NCBI GenBank assembly: GCA_965644315.1
Contig: CBFFRQ010000038.1
Coordinates: forward strand, 1-64,000
Direction of reading: 5' to 3'
DNA length: 64,000 nucleotides
From: Caecitellus pseudoparvulus
Taxonomy: Eukaryota; Protista; Bigyra: Bicosoecida
The stretch's first letter is position 1. Each line of letters starts with the position of its first letter. The notes under the pieces are model-generated. The model saw only the letters and a program-made list of their open reading frames with translations, had not been told where the DNA came from and ran no database searches. Shown here piece after piece: positions 12,001-21,792 of the stretch. The position numbers and the translations under genes were made by a program.

Positions 12001-13059
12001 CGGAGAGGGTGTGAGACTTGGAGGAGGACACCTCTGGCGCCGCGTACGTGGGCGTGCCGCAGACGGTGTGCCGCTCCTCCAGCGGCGTGGCCAGTTGCAC
12101 CGCCAGGCCGAAGTCGGCGAGGCAGGCGTGCCACTTGCCGGCAGGTGAGCCGGGCGGGGCGGGGTGCAGGAGGATGTTGGACATCTTCAGGTCCCGGTGG
12201 ATGATGGCCTGGCCGTGCAGGTAGGCCAGGGCCTGCGCCACCTGCCACATGACGCCGCGGATCATGGAGGCGGGCAGGCAGGGCACGTGGCTGTGGGGGG
12301 AGGCGGCTGCCGCGTGGGCCTTGCGGAAGAGGGCGTACAGGTCGCCCCCCGAGCAGTAGTTCATGACGATGTACATGGCGTGCTCGTCCTCAAAGAACTC
12401 CTGTGTGGACGAGAGGGCGCCCAGCGTGGACATGGTTGCAGCGAGTCGAGCTAGCGCAAGGCGCTCACCAGCACTCGCACGATGTTGTCGTGGTGCAGGC
12501 GGCTGTGCAGCTCGATTTCGTTAATGGCGCGCTCCTTCATCGCGGCCTTGACCATGCTCTCCTTCAGGATGACTTTCACTGCGACAGTGCCGGGTCTGCG
12601 GAAATTGGAAGAGCACGAGCAAGGTGTGGGCGGGCAGCCAGGACGCCCACAAGCAGTTCATGCGATGCAGAAAGGACAGATCGCGGAGTTCAATGTACAG
12701 AGGCCACTCTCAGATACCCTCCTGGCTTCAAGAGCAAAAGGCTGGCCCGCCAAGCCGCAGCGACGGAGCTGGTTTGAAGTCGGGCGCCACACAAGCTGCA
12801 CGCACTCGCTGCGACGGTGTGCTCTGTACACCTCTCCAAACCCGCCCCGTCCAATGAATTCCGCATCCACAAAGCCATGGCTCTGCGAAGCGGACCCGAG
12901 AAGTCCCTGTGCCGTCAGCCACGCGCGACCAGCAGCAGGTTTGCCTACCTTAAGCAGGCCTGGCGCCGCTGCCCGTAGCTTGGCCTGTGCCTTGGTGAAG
13001 GCGGTGTTGCGCTTGGAGCCCTTGCGGCGGCGGGTGCCCCCCTTGGATGTCTCTGCCAT
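9098..13059 (-). CDS. PLK4: Polo-like kinase 4 (SAK), copy 1. Exons 13059-12806, 12595-12469, 12400-9098.
   Basis: Two GT-AG introns join IGRGGFGEVY, VAVK...NEIELHSRL and HRDLKMSN / DFGLAVQL / TVCGTPTYAAPE in frame. The C-terminal LPRWSRRLYRYMLKVVQVVKSRTP...LMCNTPTAD resembles the PLK4 cryptic polo box, followed by a PB3-like segment (VKLTFSDDSTL). Confidence 0.88.
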
Positions 13060-13083
13060 GGCGCAGGGACCAGGGGCCTCGCG

Positions 13084-15372
13084 TCACGCTTGGGCGCCGC
13101 CCTGGCTGTGCTGCGTTCGAGGGCGTTTCGGGTTTGGCGGTGCGACCTGGCTGTCCTGCTCCTCTGCTGGCACAGCGCCCGCTAGCCAGGGTAGGAGGTG
13201 CAGGGCGGGCGCGGCCAACTTGTGCAGTTGGTGGGCCCATGTCCCCGCCCACTCCTCGCAGCGCGTGAGCAGTGCCCCGGCGGCAGCGTGCGGGGAGCCG
13301 TTGGCAAGTGCTGCAAAGGCCAGGCGGCGACAGTGCCTGTGGCGCCTTGCCACGCTCAGCAGCGCAGCGGACAACGCGGCATGCTGCACACAGGGCGAGC
13401 TATAGTGTTGGTGCAGCGCAGCGGCCCACACGAGGCAGTGGCACTGGCTCAGCAGCAGGCCACAGTTGCACCAGGTACCAGGGTGAGTCACCTCCAACGG
13501 CTGAGTCAGCCCTTGCGCCGCCGCGAGAACAGCCTCAGCTGAGTCCAGGCTAGCGCCCACCAGATGTGTCGCAGCACTTGTGCGGGGAGAATCGCGCTGA
13601 CACACGAGGGAGTGGGCCCATGGGAGACGCATGACTGGGCTGAGCAGGGATGGGGAGACTGGGCCAGTTTCCGGCCCGCCAACAGGGCACGGAACTCGCA
13701 GGGACACGCCCAGGCGCGTCATGACAGCAGGCTGCTCCACTGCACTGTGCAGCTGGTCCGATTCTGCACACCACGGGCCCTGTCCCAGACTCAGCGTGAG
13801 CTGTCTGCCGCCCATGCGGAACGACACACCGCCAGGCTGGGCCAGCTCCGCCAGCACCCTGCGCCGCCAGGCATGGCACGCCCGGCTCTCAAACAGGCTC
13901 AAACGAGGGGCTTCCATCGTTTGACTGGACCACCAGGCTCGGAAGGCGTCGTCGGGTCCGACTTGCACCGCCCACTGGCTTGTGGCTGGCAACGTGCACA
14001 GCCGCCATCGGTCACACGCTGCAAGCACGCTCAGCAGCAAACCAAGCGTGTTGCACAGCATGCTGTCCACCTCTGCCCCTGAGCGGCCTTGGCTGCACAG
14101 GTTCTGTATGCTGCGGGCGGTGTGGCGTGGCATGGACAGCAGGTCTGCCGCAGTGGCTGGCGACGCGGCCAGTGTTGCGAGCCAGCCCAGCACCCGGCGC
14201 AACCTGGCCCCACGCTCCACCAACAGCCCACCCACATGCTGACACGCAGGCGCCTGCAGTGTAGAAAAGGGCACATCGAGTACCTCACCGCTGGGCAAGC
14301 GCAGCTGCCCACCTGCACAGGCGACAATTGCGGGGGACCTGGATGGAGTCACGTGAAAGGCATCGGCCACGCCCGGCCCGGCAGCAGCCGGAGCGGCCGA
14401 ACACGCAAGAACCCCGAGCATCACTGGTACAGGAAGGTCTGTTTCGTCAAGATCGCTCAGGCGCCTGCGCAGACAGGCCACCACTGGCTGTCTGCGGGGC
14501 CTGCTCACCCACGCCACTTCCGCCTCCGCATCACGCGCCGCCGCGAGCAAGAACAGACGCACCGCCTCCGCTTCCACACGCACAGCCCGCCACTGCGCAC
14601 TGCCTCCCTCTTCTAGCACAGCACATGCGTCGTGGATGCTCTGGCAGGTGTGGGCGTGAGCTGTGAGCAGGTTGCTGGCGTCAGAAGGTGCGTGACGGCG
14701 CAGCACTTGCAGCAGGGCCAGCAACACAGTGGGTGGGGCGGGGGGCGCTCCTTGCGGCAGCAGTGTGCCCACCACCTGCTTGCACCAGTGTGCATACTTG
14801 CCAGCGCCTGCTCCGCCCTGCCCCGCCAAGGCGGCCTTGGCGCGCGATTTGGCAAACATGCCTTCGAGTCGACCTGCCGCCGCAGCTGGTGCCGCAGGGG
14901 CCGGCGGAGGTGGCGTGTCTGCAGAGACACAGGCCGCCACAGCGGCCTCTGCACGGCCCAGGGCCAGGGCCCACGCCAAAGTCACTGCCGCGGACTGCAT
15001 GGCCTCGTCTGTGCCGGCATCTGTCACAGCGCTGCTGCACCCCAGGCGGGCAACCTGCCACCGCACCAGGGGCATGCAGGGCTGGTGCGACGATGCGACA
15101 ATGGCCAAGGTCGTGAGTGGATGCAGAGATTCCTGGGGGCGGCAGTGGCCCAGCTGCCCCAGCGCCGCTTCGGCACAGGCTTGGCAGGCAGCCAGGCCTC
15201 TGTTGGCCAGGCGCTTGTGTGCGCTGGGCTCGTCAATGGAGGGCAGCGTGGGCAGCAGCTTCCACAGCTCTGCCGCAGGGGCGCTGCAGAAGCTGTCACC
15301 TGGCCAAAGGCGCACCAGTTCGCGGGAGTCACTGCCCGAGTGCTGGCTGAACGGGCAGCCGCAGTGTGCCAT
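13084..15372 (-). CDS. Hypothetical 762-aa Ala/Leu-rich protein, copy 1
   Basis: ATG-initiated ORF kept at identical length in both copies. No domain recognised. Confidence 0.6.
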   Translation of the reverse strand: MAHCGCPFSQHSGSDSRELVRLWPGDSFCSAPAAELWKLLPTLPSIDEPSAHKRLANRGLAACQACAEAALGQLGHCRPQESLHPLTTLAIVASSHQPCMPLVRWQVARLGCSSAVTDAGTDEAMQSAAVTLAWALALGRAEAAVAACVSADTPPPPAPAAPAAAAGRLEGMFAKSRAKAALAGQGGAGAGKYAHWCKQVVGTLLPQGAPPAPPTVLLALLQVLRRHAPSDASNLLTAHAHTCQSIHDACAVLEEGGSAQWRAVRVEAEAVRLFLLAAARDAEAEVAWVSRPRRQPVVACLRRRLSDLDETDLPVPVMLGVLACSAAPAAAGPGVADAFHVTPSRSPAIVACAGGQLRLPSGEVLDVPFSTLQAPACQHVGGLLVERGARLRRVLGWLATLAASPATAADLLSMPRHTARSIQNLCSQGRSGAEVDSMLCNTLGLLLSVLAACDRWRLCTLPATSQWAVQVGPDDAFRAWWSSQTMEAPRLSLFESRACHAWRRRVLAELAQPGGVSFRMGGRQLTLSLGQGPWCAESDQLHSAVEQPAVMTRLGVSLRVPCPVGGPETGPVSPSLLSPVMRLPWAHSLVCQRDSPRTSAATHLVGASLDSAEAVLAAAQGLTQPLEVTHPGTWCNCGLLLSQCHCLVWAAALHQHYSSPCVQHAALSAALLSVARRHRHCRRLAFAALANGSPHAAAGALLTRCEEWAGTWAHQLHKLAAPALHLLPWLAGAVPAEEQDSQVAPPNPKRPRTQHSQGGAQA

Positions 15373-15577
15373 GTAGGGACGCGAAACGCGTTTGAAACGT
15401 GTGCTCCCCGCAGCTGGCCCCTAAGCCCCTGCTGCGAAACACTCGTGACAAACCGAAAGGCTCAGTTTCTCTAGTGAAGTATACACTGCCATGGGCGCCT
15501 GCAGCCTCCGCATGTTGCGTTCCCCTCGCTGCCGGGATGTGTGTGCAACGGCGCAACTGTTGCTGCGGTGCATTGGA

Positions 15578-16822
15578 CTAAGAAGGCGCGCCCTGCGTGT
15601 TGCGCCGGCGCGCGCCAAGCGTGAGCGCGACGGCAGCCCCCACCGCCACCCCACCCAGCACTGCCAGGGCTGTGGCGCATGCACCCCATGGCGAGGGTTG
15701 GACACTGCCCAGGGAGCTGGGCGTCCGGACGCCCGTCAATTTCCGCTCCATGAACGCAGGCAGCACAAACGACGCCGCGTGAAGGGCAGGCGTGTAGTAC
15801 TTGAACTTGCCCAGCAGCTCGTCACTGGGCGCACGCACGGGCTGCCGCATGGTGGGCGTGAGGGCCGTGTCAGGCTTCGCCTTCGGGTCAGGTGTGGCAC
15901 GCGGACCTTTGCACAGGATGAAGCCGATCTGCCCACAGGGGTACGTCGGCACGCCAGTGAAGGCATAGTCCACCTCGGCGAACTGCGTCGCAGCGACTGC
16001 CAGCGTGTCCCGAATGAAGTCGGCGTGCAGCCAGAGGCACTCGCCCTGCATGCACAGGATGCCTCCAGGGTTCAGAGCGGACCTCACGCTGCCCAGGAAG
16101 GACGCCTCGTACAGGCTCTCCGCCGGCCCCACGGGGTCCGAGCTGTCCATGATGACGACGTCGAAGGCGCCTTGGCGCGTCTTGACGTACTCTGCCGCGT
16201 CCTGGAAACGCAGCGTGAGGCGGGAGTCACCGAAGGCCGTGGCGGTGACGTCAGAGAGGTGCCGCTTGGCACAGGCCACCACCTGCTCGTCGATCTCGCA
16301 CATGACCACCTGTGGGGGTGCGCAGGGGGCGGGCAGTGCGTGGGCAGGGGGCGGGGGGCTCGGCTCAGGCGGCAGGGGACGCACCTCTTCCACGTCAGGG
16401 TGCTTGCACACCTCCCGCAAGACGCCGCCGTCGCCACCGCCGACGATGAGGACACGCTTGGGGTGGGGGTGTGCCATGAGAGGGATGTGTGTGATGCACT
16501 CTTGGTACGACGCCTCGTCGCGCTCAGTGATCTGGACCACTCCGTCCAGAACCAGCACCTTGCCATACGTCGCAGACTGGAAGACAAGGATGTCTTGGTA
16601 CTGCGACTGCGTTCGTTCCAGCACGTTCTCCACCTTCAAGGACATGCGCTGGCCTGCCATGTGACGGTGGGGCTGGGAAGTGCCGGTGCCGCGGCGGGCA
16701 GGAATGGGCGCCCAAATTCCGCAACACGCACCGGGCCACATGACCTCTTCCTCCGTGAACCAGCCATCATGCGGCACGTCCAGCACCTTGTGTACTTTCA
16801 CACTGCTGCCACCGGCTGCCAT
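15578..16822 (-). CDS. SRM: Spermidine synthase with a C-terminal hydrophobic tail, copy 1. Introns 16654-16731 and 16310-16384.
   Basis: Motifs GWFTE..MWPGQ, SQYQDILVF, YGKVLVLDG, VLIVGGGDGG, DVVIMDSSDPVGPA and PTYPCGQIGF. Removing two in-frame GT-AG introns (78 and 75 bp) restores canonical spacing. The likely start is ATG 16822. Confidence 0.93.
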   Translation of the reverse strand: MAAGGSSVKVHKVLDVPHDGWFTEEEVMWPGACCGIWAPIPARRGTGTSQPHRHMAGQRMSLKVENVLERTQSQYQDILVFQSATYGKVLVLDGVVQITERDEASYQECITHIPLMAHPHPKRVLIVGGGDGGVLREVCKHPDVEEVRPLPPEPSPPPPAHALPAPCAPPQVVMCEIDEQVVACAKRHLSDVTATAFGDSRLTLRFQDAAEYVKTRQGAFDVVIMDSSDPVGPAESLYEASFLGSVRSALNPGGILCMQGECLWLHADFIRDTLAVAATQFAEVDYAFTGVPTYPCGQIGFILCKGPRATPDPKAKPDTALTPTMRQPVRAPSDELLGKFKYYTPALHAASFVLPAFMERKLTGVRTPSSLGSVQPSPWGACATALAVLGGVAVGAAVALTLGARRRNTQGAPS

Positions 16823-17187
16823 TTTCTCTTGCCGTTGGGTTCCAAAGCTCCGGGGCTCTGCAGTCGTCGGCCGGGATTTGCGGCTTTGGCGAGTGGCTCG
16901 GCGCTGTGCCGTGGCTCTCGCGGAGAATGCGGACGGGACAAGGGGGCTGGCGGGGCGCACGCACTCGTCACTGCCGTCGTGGGACAGCTGCAGGCATGAT
17001 TTGCCTGTGGGCCTCGCTTGCCTGCCCCCCCCCGCGGCCCCTGCCGTTCACAGTTCAGTCGGCAGGCACCCACACAATCCCTACCCAGTGACACCGCCCC
17101 ACCTCGCGCGGCCACCAGGTCACACGCGCAGGCAGGCCACAAGTCGCTCCACCCCCACCTCACCCCCCCCCCCCCCGCGCACCAGCC

Positions 17188-19137
17188 ATGCCGGGGGGAG
17201 GCCACTTCCGTCTGGCAGCGGACGAGGGCGTGCGGCGGGCTCAGCTAGCACAGGCCCGGCGAGACGCTGCGAACCGGGAGGCCAAGTACAACGCCTTCGT
17301 GCTGACGGCGGCAGACGCGCTGGCAGCACAGGCGGGCCGGCACGTCACGCAGGCCGCTGCTGCGGGACATGCTGCCGCCCTCACGCCAGAGCTGCTCAGC
17401 CTGAAAGACCTGGCCGTGCAGCTGCCCATGCCGACCTGGCGCCACGCTGCGCGGCACAGCCAGCTGTACGACGTGACGGCGGAGCACGTGCAGCGGCGGC
17501 AGGGCATCGCGGAGCGCATGCACTACACCAGCATGGCTGCAGGGCGGGGCATGGTGTCACCAGCCATCCAGCCAGGCGCCGCCGGCGACAACAGTAGCCG
17601 AAGCAAACCCGCCAAAGCCAAGGCAAAGACAAAGAAAGGGGGCCTTCGACGCCCTCGCAAGCAGGTTTGGAAGAAACGCCGCCGGCGAGGCGTTGGGAGC
17701 GCAGTCAGGCGACGCAGACGGCGGCGGCCTGGCCAGGTCGCAGCGACCAGCAGCACCGCTGACACTCCGGCCGCGCCCAGCGACAGCCAGGGCGCGGTCA
17801 CCCCGCCTACTGATTCAGGCACCACACAATCTTGTGCTCAAGGCGCTCTGCAAGATGCTGCCGACTCCACCTGTCCTGGGGGGGGCCCTGCCCCGTCAGA
17901 GGAGGTTGCAGCAGCTGGCTTGCACAGCGTGTCCGAGGCGGCAGCACCCGACGCCGCAGCATCCGTGTTCCAAGCCGCCCTGGAGGACCCGGCGCCGGAG
18001 GCGGGGGAGGGGGGTGCACCCCCCCCCTCGACACCCCCCCGCCAGCACAGCGGCAGCGCCACCTGCCGCACCTCACCTGCCTCCGCCGCCTCAGGCACCA
18101 CCAGCGGCCGCAGCTCAGCTGTGCGCAGTGGAAAGGGCGCACGCGCCTCGCCCAGCCGTAAGCCTGCCCCCACGCCATACCAGGCAGCGCAGGCAGCCCG
18201 TGTGAGCCAGTCAAGGCACCTGCGGCAGCGGCAGGCCAACGCCAAGCGGCAGGTGAGTGGCGCCTTCGCAGGGGCCCACGCGGAGGCTGCGGTGGGGGGG
18301 GTGGCCCTTCGGAAGCAGGGACGGAGGGGGGGTCGAAGGGCCCGTGGAGGGGGGGTGCCTCACGGCAAGGCCTTCGCCAGTGTGGCGCCGGCTGTGAGGG
18401 GGGGGGTCAGTGCTGCGCCGCCCCCCCCTCCTGCCCAGGCCTTGGGAAAGGTGGCGCACCCCCCCCCTCACGCCCCTCGTTGCGAAGACAGCACACCTCA
18501 CCCTGTCAGTCTGTGGGAAGGCAGCATTCCCTCCCAGTACCCTCTGCTGTGGGGTGGCACGCGCAAAGGCCTGTCACGGTGGCCCACACTGGGGGCAGGC
18601 GAAGCCCTGTCAGGCGTGCTAGGCACTCTGGCACAGGAATGGCTGCAGCCAGAGACGCAAGCAGGCAGCAGGGCGCCACTGCCGCCCTCCACCCTGCGCC
18701 GCCACGCCAACCAGCGCGCCGAGGCGAAACGCGGGCCGGGCTCAAACGCCCCGCCACGACTGCACGGGGCGGGCTCTGTGCGGGGAGAGGAGGCCCACCC
18801 GCTTACTGGCCAGGCAGTGCTGCCGCCCACTGTCCTGACGCAACTCACACCCAAGCAGAGGCTGCGCCTGGGCAAGGGCGCGGTGAAAAACGCCCCCACA
18901 CCAACCGGCGGCACCTCCGCAGTGCCTCAGGGCGCAGCGGGCCTCTTCACCAGGCAAAGCCCGCCACGCCCAAGACACCCATTCGATGCATCGTGGGGCG
19001 GCGTGATGCCCTCGCCGCAGCAGGTGCGTGCGCGGGACGCCCACGCAGACAGCTGCAACGCAGCGGTGCAGGCTCGCCGGCAGTGGCTCATGCGGCGGCC
19101 TGCTGGGACGCCCTGGGTGGACCCCTGGGAGTGCTAG
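17188..19137 (+). CDS. Hypothetical 649-aa low-complexity, basic protein, copy 1
   Basis: Long ORF intact in both copies, with a Lys/Arg-rich NLS-like tract. No domain recognised. Confidence 0.55.
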   Translation: MPGGGHFRLAADEGVRRAQLAQARRDAANREAKYNAFVLTAADALAAQAGRHVTQAAAAGHAAALTPELLSLKDLAVQLPMPTWRHAARHSQLYDVTAEHVQRRQGIAERMHYTSMAAGRGMVSPAIQPGAAGDNSSRSKPAKAKAKTKKGGLRRPRKQVWKKRRRRGVGSAVRRRRRRRPGQVAATSSTADTPAAPSDSQGAVTPPTDSGTTQSCAQGALQDAADSTCPGGGPAPSEEVAAAGLHSVSEAAAPDAAASVFQAALEDPAPEAGEGGAPPPSTPPRQHSGSATCRTSPASAASGTTSGRSSAVRSGKGARASPSRKPAPTPYQAAQAARVSQSRHLRQRQANAKRQVSGAFAGAHAEAAVGGVALRKQGRRGGRRARGGGVPHGKAFASVAPAVRGGVSAAPPPPPAQALGKVAHPPPHAPRCEDSTPHPVSLWEGSIPSQYPLLWGGTRKGLSRWPTLGAGEALSGVLGTLAQEWLQPETQAGSRAPLPPSTLRRHANQRAEAKRGPGSNAPPRLHGAGSVRGEEAHPLTGQAVLPPTVLTQLTPKQRLRLGKGAVKNAPTPTGGTSAVPQGAAGLFTRQSPPRPRHPFDASWGGVMPSPQQVRARDAHADSCNAAVQARRQWLMRRPAGTPWVDPWEC

Positions 19138-19829
19138 GACCCCCTTTCATCCACAGGGTGCCAGGCTTTGTCGTCGTAGTTGAAGTACCGGGGCTGGGTC
19201 GGCAGGTCGGGCGTGTCAGGTGCTTGCTGTGCCAAGTGCTGCAGCACGTCGGGGATGGCCCACGCCATGGGCCACACGGTGTGTTTGACGCTGCCCCACC
19301 ACGATGTCCACGGCCCGTCCAATGCATGCATGTGCAAGTGGTTGATGCTGTTGAAGTACGGAGCCACGTGGAAGTTGAACGTCGCCGGAGCGGCGTCTGT
19401 GGCACCAAGTTCCGCAAACTCCCCCTTCACCACGGCGGCCTCTGCTGCTACCGCAGGCAGCGGCGGTAGGTGCTGTCCGGACGCCGGCAGCACTGAACTA
19501 CCCTGGGCTTGCCGTTTGCGGCACTGAGCCACGGCATGCCGAGCCACAGCGTACATGTGCCGCACCAACGGAAGGTCACGTGGAGTGGCCAAGTGCTGGC
19601 AGTTCTCCACGTGGCCCTTGGGCACGACGAGCAGGTGCACGCGGGCGTTGGGGCTGCGAGAAGGGAACACAGTCACGATCCCGTCATCGTACAGCAGCCG
19701 GCTGCCCTGGCCTCCGCTGCCGGCTGCGATGCTGCAGAAGGTGCATGAGTGGATGGTGCCGTCGCGGCGGGTGACTCCCTTGTGCGTGGTCAGTCCAGCC
19801 GACGACACGGACACGGCAGCAGCCGCCAT
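19134..19829 (-). CDS. HIT-family nucleotide hydrolase (HINT3/HINT4-like), copy 1
   Basis: Motifs CTFC, HLLVVPKGH and FHVAPYFNSINHLHMHAL (histidine triad). Start placed at ATG 19829; the longer ORF-track start is not conserved between copies. Confidence 0.85.
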   Translation of the reverse strand: MAAAAVSVSSAGLTTHKGVTRRDGTIHSCTFCSIAAGSGGQGSRLLYDDGIVTVFPSRSPNARVHLLVVPKGHVENCQHLATPRDLPLVRHMYAVARHAVAQCRKRQAQGSSVLPASGQHLPPLPAVAAEAAVVKGEFAELGATDAAPATFNFHVAPYFNSINHLHMHALDGPWTSWWGSVKHTVWPMAWAIPDVLQHLAQQAPDTPDLPTQPRYFNYDDKAWHPVDERGS

Positions 19830-20079
19830 GCTCCTGGAGCTGACCCACCTGTTCGAGGCCCTGATGGGTGCTGAGAAGCACAGTGGCGCCTGCAGGGGCA
19901 GGAGGTCTCGGTGCGGGAATTGAAAGCGGCAGAGAGCTGCGACGTGCCCCCCCTCAAGCCCCCCTCCCACACATGGAACTGCCGCCAACGGAACAAACTC
20001 CACACACTCCACGCAACCATCTCTCTCACGGCCTTCCCAGTCCGTGACGTTGTGCATCCCTCCGCACAGCTCAAACACC

Positions 20080-21588
20080 ATGCGAACCATCGCCGCCCTC
20101 CTGGCAGCGGCCGCTGTCGTGGCTGCCTCTGCCGCTCCCACCGTCACCCTGAACAAGGGCGAGACCCTGGCCCAGCAGCTGCGCCGTGAGTGACTTCAGT
20201 GGCCTCCGCCCCGCCCGCAGAGCTGTCGGGCCGCCCTGTGGCCCGCAACAAACCGCTGTGGCTCTGCGCCAGGGCGAAGGGCTGGTGCACTGCACCTTGC
20301 ACCTCCTGCCGCCGTCACCTCACGCCCGCTCGCCCGCCGCTTGTATCACAGGCTGGGGCTATGCTGTGCGTGCCTGGTGCCTTTCCGCTCCTCAGCTGCA
20401 CCGCTACGGCGGTGCAGGGCGCTGCAGGCCGCCCAACCGCGTCGCACTCCCACCCCGCCGCTCCACACCAACAGAAGACCAACTGGGTCAAGCGCCGCGA
20501 GTACGACGGCACCCTGAAGGCTGGCGCCTCTGTCCCCATCAACGACTTCGAGAACGCCCAGTACTACGGCCCCATCTCTGCCGGCACGCCCCCTCAGGAC
20601 TTCCAGGTGCGTGCGCCAAGGCCCGCCCTGAGCCTGCGGAACAACCCCACCGTGCAACGCCACACGAGCCCTGCCACCCACGCCCCCCACGCAGGTCATC
20701 TACGACTCTGGCTCCAGCAACCTGTGGCTGCCCTCCAGCCAGTGCAAGAACTGCGGCTCTCACCCCCTGTACGACCACACCAAGTCCTCCACGTACAAGG
20801 CCAACGGCACCAAGTTCGAGATCCTGTACGGCTCTGGCCCTGTGTCTGGCTTCCTGTCCCAGGACGTCATCACCGTGGGCGGGCAGAGCGTCACCTCTGA
20901 GTTCGCTGAGATCACCGACGTGACCGGCCTGGGCCCTGCCTACTCCCTCGGCAAGTTCGACGGCATCTGCGGCTGCGCGTGGGACACCATCGCCGTGGAC
21001 GACATCCCCCCCATCTTCAACGACTTCATCGACGCCGGCATGTGGGACAAGCCCCTCTTCTCCGTGTACCTGCCCTCCGACGACTCCCAGCAGGGCGCCC
21101 TGACCCTGGGCGACATCGGCACCGACTACACTGGCTCCATCTCCTATGTCCCCCTGTCCAGCGAGACGTACTGGGAGATCCAGTTCGACGGCCTGGACAT
21201 TAACGGCCAGACCACCTCCAACACCGGCAAGGCTATCATTGACACCGGCACCTCCCTGCTGGCTGTGCCCGTCGCTGACGCCAAGGCCATCGCCAAGGCC
21301 CTGGGCGCCACCCCCTTCTTCCTGAACCCCAACGAGTTCACCGTGGACTGCTCCAAGGTGTCTTCCCTGCCCGACATTGACGTGAAGATCGGCGGCACCA
21401 CCTACTCCATCCCCCCCTCCAAGTACATCATCAACGACGAGGGCGTCGTGTGCCTCCTGGGCGTCACCGGCATTGACATCCCCGCCCCTGCCGGCCCCCT
21501 CACCATCCTGGGTGACGTCTTCATCCGCGAGTACTTCACCGTCTTCGACTACGGCAACAAGCAGGTCGGCCTGGCCAAGGCCAAGTAA
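20080..21588 (+). CDS. Cathepsin D-like (pepsin family A1) aspartic protease, copy 1. Exons 20080-20185, 20352-20365, 20475-20606, 20695-21588.
   Basis: Signal peptide MRTIAALLAAAAVVAASA, then NAQYYGPISAGTPPQDF, catalytic DSGSSNLW and DTGTS, and ILGDVFIREYFTVFD. All introns are GT-AG with consistent phases. Codon usage is strongly C-ending. Confidence 0.92.
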
Positions 21589-21792
21589 GTGCCGCAACGC
21601 GTCAATGCGAGCTCGGCCATGCTCGGGCGCCTCCCGCCATTGGGAGGTGTCCAGGGTGTTGCCCCAGCTCGCGACTCGCCCCGTGGATGCAATGCAAGCC
21701 ACCAAACACCGCGCGGACGCCCGCACAATCAACCCACCACACAAGCCAGACACCGTGCCAATGGCGCCCAGGAGACCGCCAGCCAAGGCACC

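Noticed and set aside
12401-12468. Kinase starting at ATG 12433, or copy 1 being a pseudogene because of the TAG near 12451
   Set aside because: Both lie within a 68-bp GT-AG intron; splicing restores kinase subdomains I-V.
15150-15372. Sen1/senataxin N-terminal-like Cys pattern in the 762-aa protein
   Set aside because: Only a faint HCxC...CxxC resemblance and no helicase motifs; it would need a profile search.
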